IMG/VR virus record: IMGVR_UViG_3300020020_000001
Coordinates: 16,171-80,170 of that record
Length of the DNA: 64,000 nucleotides
Direction: 5' to 3' (one strand)
Source: a virus
The position numbers and the translations under genes are program-made. The first letter of the stretch is position 1. Each line of letters starts with the position of its first letter. Positions 50,301-60,431 of this stretch are shown here, piece after piece. The notes below the pieces were generated by a model. The model was not told where the DNA came from. It worked only from the letters and a program-made list of their open reading frames with translations, and searched no databases.

Positions 50301-53136
50301 CCCACGAAACCGCTTTTCGGCCGGCAGCGTGCTGCACAGCGGGCTAGTGGGCCATCCTCGCGCCGGTCGTGCGGTGCGCGCGACCAGGCGAGGTGAACGA
50401 CCGTTTAGGTGAACATAGTTGAATCTGGCGTAAATGTTATATCAATATTCGCACTCTCTAAGGAAGCACGAAAATTTCTGAACTTATCGACTGTTGGCAC
50501 AACACCAACACCAATAATTTCGCCATCCATGTATAACTTGTAAGGAACCGTGCCATCTTTAATGTTGTACCTAACGCTCAGAATCATTACGCTTTACCCG
50601 TCCTTTATGCGGTACCTCCGCATATCTGGTAAGACCACCATCAACGATGCGCTTTCGCCTATCTATGCACTTAGCGCCAGGAATAGCAGGACAAACTGGA
50701 CACTGACCATACCAGGACCAATCTGTTCGTCCCCTAATTCGTACCGTCATAGTGCTTTCCCCGCCATTTTAACCACCTTAGTTCTGGATCAGTGAGAATG
50801 TAGATTGCGCCACACTCTTTACAAGTCTTCATATATTCTGAATATTCATAAGAATGCACACCATAAGAACATCCGGTGATATGCGAATCAGGACTTAGCA
50901 AGGCAAGAAGGTGCATCGTCTTTTTGACGTGCTCAGCCCGCTGATTTCTTTTCTTTCTTAGTCTACTAGACATAATCTGCCTCTCTAAGTAAACAGCCCG
51001 ACCCCTGTGGGTTATGCCCACAGGAACCAGACAGATCACTCAGATTTCAATTTCTGCTACTTGCTCAGCGGTCAGGTGACCATACTCAACAATATCTTGG
51101 CGGACGGCTTTTTCAAATTCATCGATGTTGCTGGTGAAATTGTGGTAAACCTTGTCACCGAGCAAATCGTTGAAGCCGAGTACCTCATTGGCTGCATCTT
51201 GAAATAGCATCCAATTGCCATCCTTGTCGACGGCATTCCAAAGAGTTGGCCCACCATCGATAGGCTTGCGCAATCGGTTGGAAAGGCTCAATGCCCATCC
51301 ACCGAAACAATAATACGTGTTGCAAGTCAAGCCATCACCATCAATATCATAGTTGGTCGCCCAACCAAGCTGACTCCAATGAGCCAAATCTTCACGAATA
51401 GCCTTGAAGACAAGATCAACTAGCTCCATGTTCGGCGTCGCGGCTGGTACATTATTTTCCATTTTGTAATCTCCTTTGTTAGTTGTGCAGCACCAAGCAT
51501 TGCCCACAGGCAATGCATGATGCAACGCAACTAGGCTTTTGGTTCCCACCACAATGGTAGAAAACGATCACCTGTGATCGCACTCCTAGTGAGGTATTCA
51601 TCCAATTCTTTGATTAGTTCTACTAGCTTGAACGAATCATTGCCATACTCACCAGTAGTGAAATACAAAACGTTGTCGTTGGAATTATCCACCTTGTACT
51701 TGATAGTGGCAACAAGACCACGAATCCTGGTGAGTGCCAGTGTTGCATCATACATTTTATTCCTCCATTTAGTTGTGCAGCACAACGCTCAGGCTGCCCT
51801 GAACATGATGCAACGCAACTAATCTAGGGCTTGCTTCTTTTGGTGTGCCTGTGCGTATAGTTCTTGGAAAGTCTTAGCCACTAAGTTGACCGCAGCATCT
51901 TGCCTGTGGTCATTTCCTTGCGTAACGATAGCTGACAATAGATCGTCTGGTACCAACACTGATTTGGTAACTGGCCGAATCTTGCCTGGTATCTTGATTG
52001 AGAGATCTACCCGAAACCAAGCTTTAGACATCTTAAAATTCCTTCCATACATTTAGTTGTGCAGCACCATGTCTGTGTTCCCACAGGCATGATGCAACGC
52101 AACCAAGCTTAGTGAATACTACGAAAGTCCTCAAAATTCGCCTTCAACTGCCACTGTTCTGGCAGACCACCACCATTTGACATAATTTCGTCGAATGCTC
52201 TGAATTGCAAAATGAATGCCGCAGTAGCGCGGCCAGCAATGCGCTGGTCATCTGCATTCCAGGCTAACGATAGAAGCTCGCGGAGTCTGGTGAGTCGGTC
52301 TGTTGTAGAGATTTCTTGAACTCTTCGTACTTTTGCAGGTTCGCCTGACGACTGGCCATCTGCTGACTCAATCGACTGGTTTTCTTGGTTTCCACCATTA
52401 TCAACCATTGTACCATGTCTCTTTCTACTCTGACATGTTCATTCCAAAGTTGTGTTGCGTTCCAGCCACTGAGCCCACAGGTGCAGGTCAGAATCTTGCG
52501 AAAGAGTCCTGCCTTCCTACTGTATACATTGTGCTCATAAGCGCTGGTTTTCCAATCATCTGGCACATATGCCATACTTCTCCTAATATAGTTACTGTCC
52601 ATTATTAGTCGAATAGCACGACTGCCGACACTCGAATCGCGTCGGCAATCATACAAAACGGCCAATTAACTGTCCTACTGAGCTTCGTATTCACTCTTGT
52701 TTTTGATCTTGACTTCCTTATCTGGAAGGTCGGCAAGGAAACTTCCGAATCCATCAGTGCGCACTTGCACCTTTTCCAGATCTAACCGACGCTTCTTGAT
52801 TTCTGTATCGCGAAGGTATCCAACAATCTCAGCGTCGCTATTGTCTTCTTGCACCTTTTCGAGGTCGGCCTGCCAATCATACATCTTGACACGCTCGACT
52901 AGCTCGATCACCTCATTGTAATACTCATTTTCATCAGGAATTGCTAGGTTCCTGACTAGAATGTAGAATTCGCGCCGGTCAATTGGACCCTTGATTACCA
53001 TTTTATTGGTTCTCTTTCCGTTTCATTGTTATAGAAACAACACCCTCATTGTGCGCGGTATTATAAATACCGTACAAAATGTCGAGCGCCTCCCGGTACG
53101 GAAGATCTCCCCACAGGGACGCCCGACCTGTCTGCC

Positions 53137-53165
53137 ATTCTACCACTAGGTCATATTTCACGCAA
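53137..53165 (-). promoter_or_regulatory. Sigma70/HrdB-like promoter
   Basis: TTGCGT-17-TAGAAT. Confidence 0.55.
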
Positions 53166-53300
53166 CCCTCCCGACTTTTTGGACTAAGTCCAATACTTGA
53201 GGACTATTAGCCCATACCACGCCTAAGGGGCGAATCGGATATACTCCATTTGCGGAATATGTCCAATTCGCCCCACTATGACATGCTAGCTATACTGCTT

Positions 53301-53600
53301 TTATTGGTTATTTGGGTCTTTCCGTCGATCGGCCCGTTCCTGGTCCTTGCGCAAGCGCTCTAAGTCTTCCTGCCTGCGCCGTTGGTTTTCCCGTTCAGCC
53401 TCTTGACGTCGAGCCGTTTCGTCATCTTTGTCTGACATTTATTGTAATACCTTTCAATTCTTCAATTATTTCGTACTATTTACTTGTTCTTCTTTTCATT
53501 CGCTCGACGTTCGCGCAGCCTCATTCGCTCGGCGGGTTTCTAGTGCTTTCTGCGCCGAATCACGTGCTGCGCGTGCTCTGTTTTCGTCTTTCTCTGCCAT
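53301..53600 (-). CDS. Two short charged ORFs (53301-53438, 53496-53600) with a duplicated leader
   Basis: Shared upstream AGAATTGAAAGGTATTACAATAA-ATG. Confidence 0.6.
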
Positions 53601-53796
53601 TTATTGTAATACCTTTCAATTCTTTCAATATGTCCTTTATTTCGTAGTCTGACTTTTTGTCCGTTTTTGTTATGTCAGACAATCTGTCAACGTCATAAGA
53701 CTTGGGACGTCGAGTTGTGCAACTTGCGCACTACCCGTACCTAGTTCCCGTAGTCGAATGGATACGATTATTTGGGGAGATTCCAGGTAGTGCTAG

Positions 53797-53857
53797 TTCC
53801 CATGGCCCGACTCGAACGGGCAGCCCTTCCACTCTTTCGCAAATAAGTGGCATGGGA
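53797..53857 (-). ncRNA. D-armless tRNA-like element
   Basis: 7-bp UCCCAUG/CAUGGGA plus T arm GCCCG-UUCGAGU-CGGGC plus one internal hairpin. Confidence 0.6.
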
Positions 53858-54040
53858 TCCTTCCGGATTCCGTCTCATGCTTTACGGGCATGATGGTACT
53901 ACCGGTAGTTTTGCGCAGAATACCATCACTGGCTTTTCACAACTCTACAGTTGTCCAGATGTATGTATTCTGCAAGTGAGCCAGGCTAGCTCACGCTAGC
54001 CCGGCCCTAGCCATTTTGATTTCAGACACTTGACCAAGTG

Positions 54041-54084
54041 TCTTATCTTATCTTATCTTATCTTATCTTATCCTGTCCTGTCCT
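54041..54084. repeat. Pentamer microsatellite (TCTTA)6(TCCTG)2
   Basis: Read directly from the sequence. Confidence 0.9.
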
Positions 54085-54117
54085 TAGAGTTTTTGTGAGT
54101 AACTAGAATCTCTTCTG

Positions 54118-54876
54118 CTACTCGTTGTCTTCGGTCGTCTCAGCCTTTGAACCAGTCTTCTTAGAAGACTTTTCGGCTTCCTTCGCTGCCTTCTCGGCAT
54201 TGTACTGGTCAGTCGCTTCCTGCACGGCCAGCTCAACGGTGTTTTCCTCGACCTTTGCATCGGAGAGGAAACCCTTGTACTTGTCGACAAGCTTGGCAGC
54301 CTGATCAATGCGCTCGATCCACATCTTACTGCGGTCGTTCGCGTAGAGCGACTTCTTTACCGCTTCCGCCAGTAGAGTCAGGTTGTCCTCAGGGGTCCGC
54401 GAGCTTGCACGCTGCGAACCAGATCCCCGAGTAGCAAGGCGCTCGCGCCTGGACTCCCACCACGAAGTGGCAAGGTCGGTCAGCACGTACACTCTCGCCT
54501 CATTGTCATCGGGACCCTGCACCAAAACGTGCGGAATCCGATCACGCTGAGCCTTAACGGTCTGGTACACGCTCTGCGGAACGACATACTCAGTACCGTC
54601 GAGGTCTTCCCCTGCCATAAACTTCGCCTTCATGAGAGTCTTCGTCATGAAAGCCGCGAATTCCGTGATGGACATAGCGCCATCCGGAACCTGCGCAACG
54701 GTCTCCACAGGAGACTCAGACTCACTCTCTCCACTGTTGTCAGTAGAACTGGCGTTCTCTACGTCCGCAGACTCGGCAGCCAAGGTTGCTGGCTGGCCTT
54801 CAGAAGTCTCTGAGACAGTACCATCGACCGAATCGCCAGTCTGGAGGTCGTCAAAGAGATCAACGTTTGAAGTCAT
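54118..54876 (-). CDS. Hypothetical protein with acidic termini
   Basis: 252-aa ORF with AAGGA SD and its own promoter. Confidence 0.6.
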   Translation of the reverse strand: MTSNVDLFDDLQTGDSVDGTVSETSEGQPATLAAESADVENASSTDNSGESESESPVETVAQVPDGAMSITEFAAFMTKTLMKAKFMAGEDLDGTEYVVPQSVYQTVKAQRDRIPHVLVQGPDDNEARVYVLTDLATSWWESRRERLATRGSGSQRASSRTPEDNLTLLAEAVKKSLYANDRSKMWIERIDQAAKLVDKYKGFLSDAKVEENTVELAVQEATDQYNAEKAAKEAEKSSKKTGSKAETTEDNE

Positions 54877-54934
54877 TTTATGATCCTTTCGTGATCATAG
54901 TTTACTCTATGGTTTTGTTTTCTTAGCTACATCC

Positions 54935-54963
54935 ATCTTACCTGGTAATTTGACTTTCGTCAA
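54935..54963 (-). promoter_or_regulatory. Sigma70/HrdB-like promoter
   Basis: TTGACG-17-TAAGAT. Confidence 0.6.
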
Positions 54964-55242
54964 GTCCATTTGAGGGATTACCAAGATTTTCACCAGGTCC
55001 GAAGAGGGCTTCACGATCTTGATAATCCCACAGATAGACTCGCTCGAATTATATTTCTAGTTGATCTTGACTTGTCTGACCTTGTTCTTCGTGCCCTTTG
55101 CCGTCGAGCCGTGAATCTTGCCTGTGGGTTGTGCTCCGTGCCTCGCTTACCTCTCTACTATAGCACAACTCCCACAGGGCAGCAAACTATTCCAACGATG
55201 AATCCTAGTTTTTACTTGATCTTGGTTCTAGGTTGATCTTGC

Positions 55243-56208
55243 TTACAGCACACCCAGCCGACGGAGGTCGCGTACGGTGATCTCACCAGTAGTGGACACA
55301 CGTACCATATGCTTGGGTCGACCTCGGTGGCCAGTGATGTACGCCTTCAAATCGACCAAACCATACCTTTCTAGCTGAACTAGGTCATTTCTGGCTTTCT
55401 GACCAAACATCGCAGTAGGGACGAAAGCGAGTCGAAGCGGCGCACGCTCCAACTCTTGGTTCATTTCTACCGACATTTGGGTACTGCTGTGGATATCAAA
55501 CATTTTAGCCTGGAATGCCTGTGGTGTGTTCATTGCTTCACGTTGGGTGCCAATGTCCACAATCATGTTAGCTATCTGATTTGGACGTATAACACCAATA
55601 TTTTCTAAATCGTCAGGATCTGGTGCTTCAGCCGTTTTGACCGATCTAAACTTTTCGTCTAGTTCTTCACGGTTTAGCTGTTCTGCCTCTTCTGTGGCTT
55701 TTAGTAGCATTTCAAGCATTTTGAGCTGTCTGACCGAAAGCGAACCGCTTAGGAAACAATGTTCCGCTTTGGTCCAAAATTCCGATTCCTGCGCTTTGGT
55801 AGTGCTTAGGATAGTAGTAACATCATTGTCTGTATCCCAAGAGGTCACGCGGATACCGCGCTCGAATTCCTCCCGATCGGCAGACATAAACATTTCGCGC
55901 AATTGCTCTGCTGTCGTAAGTCCGAATGGTGTTAGTTCGCCATCACTATCGGCTAGTTCTGGACTATATGTGCGACTTGCTGCGAGTTTGCACCTTTGGT
56001 TCCAATTGTGTGTCTTTGGGCTGTGAAATGCCATAAGTCTAGCTTCGAGCATATACCCATCAGCACGTCGAGACTCGACTACACCTAGCTTGTGAGTGAG
56101 CCATACGGCTAGTTCCATCGACATGTTAGGAACTTGTGATTTGATGGGCTCACGCTCAAAAGTAGGTGCATATATTGTTACTGATCGACTTGTCGAAATA
56201 ACTGCCAT
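55243..56208 (-). CDS. Hypothetical protein, possible C-terminal winged helix
   Basis: 321-aa ORF; 'L..LE.YGLV......HRGRP' pattern. Confidence 0.5.
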   Translation of the reverse strand: MAVISTSRSVTIYAPTFEREPIKSQVPNMSMELAVWLTHKLGVVESRRADGYMLEARLMAFHSPKTHNWNQRCKLAASRTYSPELADSDGELTPFGLTTAEQLREMFMSADREEFERGIRVTSWDTDNDVTTILSTTKAQESEFWTKAEHCFLSGSLSVRQLKMLEMLLKATEEAEQLNREELDEKFRSVKTAEAPDPDDLENIGVIRPNQIANMIVDIGTQREAMNTPQAFQAKMFDIHSSTQMSVEMNQELERAPLRLAFVPTAMFGQKARNDLVQLERYGLVDLKAYITGHRGRPKHMVRVSTTGEITVRDLRRLGVL

Positions 56209-56282
56209 GTTACTCTCCGTGTCGGTATGGTTACTGTGGGTTTTGTTTGGCTACATCTTGTTGAGATGGTGACCTTGCCGAC

Positions 56283-56311
56283 ACATTAATCGTGATGTGC
56301 AGTCGTGTCAA
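56283..56311 (-). promoter_or_regulatory. Sigma70/HrdB-like promoter
   Basis: TTGACA-17-TAATGT. Confidence 0.6.
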
Positions 56312-59245
56312 GAGACACGGAGGTACGTTCATTTTATTTGTGTGGTGTTGATGTGTGAGGGAATTTTTATTCCTTGACATCCTTGTTGGTTGTTGGATAT
56401 CGCATTTTTTGGTGAAAATGAGTCAGGTCAGTATTTTACACGGAATTTTTGGTTATTATCGACCCTATATCGTTGATCATCATTGCGTAGTGCTTGGTGA
56501 GCGCTTGGACCGTCGAGTGTGGACGGTAAAGGGTAAAGGAATATTCGACGTTGGATTTTTAGGAAAGTTAACTAACGATAGGCGAAATGTCCGAATTGCC
56601 AGGAGGAAATGTCCGAAATGTCAATGCCATTCGAACAAAGGTTTGAATGGCTTATTGATTAATAACTTAAAGAGCACTACCCCCCGTTCCAAACGATATT
56701 GAGGTTTTGTGTATGTGGTGGGTTGTGGTGGACTGACCAGGAATGTGTTGGTTTGGGGGAAGTGTCGGATGTGTCCGATTTGGTGTCCCACGATGTGGCT
56801 GATCATGTATAGAGGGGGGGTCTAGCCGTGCTGAAGTATCTATAGATCAATAAGCCAATAAATACTCCGAACGCATGTTCCCACCCCCATATTGATTGGC
56901 TTCGATTGGGATTATTGAAGTTTATCGATGTCCGACTTTTTGGGAAAAGCCCAATTTTTGAGGACTTCATAGGGTAGACATAAAAATATGGTGATATAGG
57001 ACCCTAACTGGCTGTTTGGGTCCTATTCACCTATCTTATGGTGCTATGAGCAGGTATGTCCGGTTTCGCCCCAAAGGAAGTTATATCCTGCCAATCGCGT
57101 AGATGTGGGCGGTCCGTACCTGGATAGACGAGATTCGGTAGCTGCATCCGCAATTACGGCGTTCGTGCCGATTGCGTAGATGAGGCCGATTGTATTCGAT
57201 CGTCCCATTCCGGCCTGCTTTTTGCCGAATGTGTGCTTTCGGCGCTTTCCGGCTTTCTTGGTGGTATACGGCATTGGTGGATTTTGAGGCTGAATGTCCT
57301 GGGTGTCCATAAATGTCCGTTTCTCTTTTTGATCTTGTTTGGTGAGTGCTTAGGTTGCTAGGTGAGAGCGCGTAGGATGCGCGTTCCGCCCTGGCACTTC
57401 AATTGTAACGCGTTTTGGTGCCTATTGCCACTCTGTATAGGGTGGCTATGTGATCTTGGCTTAGAATCGATCTGAGGGGGTTATGGCAGTAGTTGATCTT
57501 GTAGATCGTAAGGTCCAACGGTTCAAGATCAAACTGACGCGTCAGTAAGTCTGAAGCATAGATGATCATGAATTGGGGATCTTGAGGGTTTGATGTGACA
57601 TGGCCAGGTATGGGCTGATTTTTGTGGAATCAGCCCATACGTGACTAAATCAGATCAAATTACCGAATTGCGCCGTTTGGAGCGCTCTGCGGTAATAGTC
57701 CGATTCGAGTGGATCGCCCTCATTCGAGGTGAATGTGGCGATTCCGATTGGTTCGTCCGAATCGTCCTCATTGTACTCATCGTCCAGATCGTCCTGATCT
57801 TCCGAATCGTCGTAATCGTCCAGATCGTCCGAGTAGTCGTATCCGTACGGATCGTACTGTTCGTCCGAATCGTCCATTCTGTCCTCGTAGTCTGCTTCGA
57901 GGTGTGCGTCCTCATACATGTGCGTTTGTCTCCCTTGTCCGGGTTTGTCCGAATTTAGGTGGTGCATAGCACGATATATGGTGTGTTTTCCATATATCGC
58001 ACTAAACATGACCTAAGGGTAGATCTACCTACCAATCAGGTATTGGGTAACTTGTAGAATGAATTGGCTTCATTACTGGTGATTCGCTACAATAAATGAT
58101 CCTTTGTCCAGATTGACTCAGAATGCCCCATGTGTGCACTTCTGGCCACTCTCCGCACGCATCGCACTTATTGCGGCTTATGTCCAGTTGCAGCCAATCA
58201 ATCCGCCTTATCACCTTTGGCAGATATTCTCCACTTGGTCTGGATTGAGCCATGTTTGCCATCCTTTCGGATAGTTTATCCCTTTAGTACCGTTTGTCCG
58301 ATTTTCGCCCTGTTGATCTTGTGAGCGAGCAGGAAGCGAGCGTGACTGTCGGAATTGCTCCATTTAGCGCAATTGTCCAGAAAGTTATTCCACTTCCGAA
58401 TTTTCGCGATAGTCAGCTTTGTCCGGTATTGCATTGTTTGTCCTTCCTATGTGGACATAGCAGCGTATTTCCCTCGTTGAAAGGAAACACGCCACTATGA
58501 GCACATATCAGAGGAATGTCACGAAGGTACTCATTGCGTGAACTGTCCCATTTGAATCGGTTCCGATCAAATGCAACCATCCTCCCCGATTGCCCTCGAA
58601 GATGAGAATTGCGATGAGACCAGCTGGTAGTTCCAGAATTGTGTGCTTACAGAACACTAGGAACGTATGTGTCCTGGTTTTGATGACTTTTGGTGCATTG
58701 TGAACAATGTCCGTTTTGGGAGGTGGTGCGTTGTGCTTACCCATTTTGATTGACTTCCTTCCATTTAGACGGACATGACCGGATATGGGACTGTTTGGGT
58801 ACCATATCCGATTATGTGCGACTAACGGGTTTCGTCAGCCTGTGACTCCATTGTCGTCTCTCGGATGAGATCGGACAGATTGCGCTCATTGCCGTGATTG
58901 TCGTGGACGTGCGGAATGTGTCCCTGTGGGTCCATTGTGAGGTCCGCGAGGGAAAGTCCGAATTCCATCAATGCGTCCGCATAACAGCCATGTACGGTCT
59001 TTTGGAGGGTATCGGCCCACTCGACCAGTTTGTGGTCATTGCGAGCATTGCCCACCTTGCGCAACATGTCCAGATCACGATCGATTGTGGACAGATTGTG
59101 CGCAACCGCCTGAATCATGGCGCTACGCGTGGCATCTTCGTGAATCTCCATAATGCACACGGTTTGCTTCCTTTCGTCCGGTTTAGGGCTTAAGGGGCCC
59201 ATGGCACGATTCAGACCGGTAAAGCCTGAATCGCACCAAACGTCC

Positions 59246-59842
59246 CTAAGCTGTCAACATGTCCCTTTCGCGGGGGTCTGTCAGGGGTGATGGTGGAATG
59301 AATGGAGTTGTGACCTTTGCCGGAGTTTTCGCTTTCGGGCTCGATGTCCGTTTTGCGGGGACTTGGGCAGCTTTCGCTGCTTTCGCCGGAGATGTCCGCT
59401 TTGCCGGCTCTGCCTTGACTGTCGCTATTGCTGACGTAGGCACCTTTTCGACCAGAATCACCGCAGAAATCACACTTGGTACATCTACGATGAATGGGTA
59501 AGTTATGGCAATAAGCTGGGGTTGTCCGTTTGCTACCGCTTCAGTGAACAAATGGTAGCCAGACATCCCGAAAGCCACTGCCGTTACTATACCCAACCCA
59601 ACGTAGACAAGTACCTTCATATAACCCTTACGGGGATTCAGGTAACTAATCAGGTGAATCGTCAGAAACAGGACAATCACGGGCATAGCCGAAAAAGCGA
59701 TCGGTTCCGCCGCAATCCGCCCAGAACGGACATTAAACCAAATTGAGAAAAGTCCGGTAAGTACCAAAGTCCAGGTACTCCACCTTCGTCCCTTTTGGAA
59801 CCTAGTGAGAGGCTTGCGCTCTTTTTTTGAGAAGAGTGCCAT
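59246..59842 (-). CDS. DUF2637-like membrane protein
   Basis: Four TM segments, 'AF..S..HL...A...G......YP..VD', basic tail. Confidence 0.7.
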   Translation of the reverse strand: MALFSKKERKPLTRFQKGRRWSTWTLVLTGLFSIWFNVRSGRIAAEPIAFSAMPVIVLFLTIHLISYLNPRKGYMKVLVYVGLGIVTAVAFGMSGYHLFTEAVANGQPQLIAITYPFIVDVPSVISAVILVEKVPTSAIATVKAEPAKRTSPAKAAKAAQVPAKRTSSPKAKTPAKVTTPFIPPSPLTDPRERDMLTA

Positions 59843-60431
59843 GTTTTGGCTCCTTTCAGGTAGGGAAAGCACAGGATGTGCCATAGGAGTGCATTGTCCG
59901 GTTTGAGCGTCCTCATCCTTACCGTCACCTATGTACCGGTGGCGGCGACAATGCACCCTTAAAGCACATCCTGCACTTTTTCTACCTGAAAGTGCAGTAA
60001 AGTCACTATTTAGGTAAGAATGTCCGATTTGGCCGATTTTCCGCTTTCGCGTGGCTCCGACCCTGCCTCTCCAGTATAGCTCGCACAATACCGGCATATT
60101 ACAATAATCGGACATTCTGAACTGTCATCTAGCCGACAGTCCCAAACTGGAGGTTTGCGAGCAATATCACCAAAGTGATGATTGCGACCAACATGCACAG
60201 AATCGTGACGATATCCGTGCCTGTGACTGGTTTGCCCACTCTGTCCTGCTTGTCCATTTTTGTCCCTTCTTCACCGGTATATCCGGCTATGTCAGCCATG
60301 CCCGATTTGTCCCCACTTGTGAGACAATTCGCGCAAAACTCACAAAACCGGACATGTCCGACTTTTTGAGATAAAGCCAATACTTTAGGTATACAATAGC
60401 CCCTCCCTGGGCAAAGTCGGACCTATGCTGC

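Larger units (their letters stand above)
44867..52665 (-). repeat. Family of ~50-60 nt intergenic imperfect hairpins (TAGTTGTGCA..CAC...ATG(A)TGCAA..CAACTA)
   Basis: Copies at 44867, 46054, 46849, 47366, 48655, 51480, 51769, 52053 and 52605 (some degenerate). Confidence 0.8.

Noticed and set aside
51480-52106. CRISPR-like repeats with the Cas4-like gene
   Set aside because: The repeats are separated by whole genes, there are no other cas genes, and the nuclease sits in the replication module.
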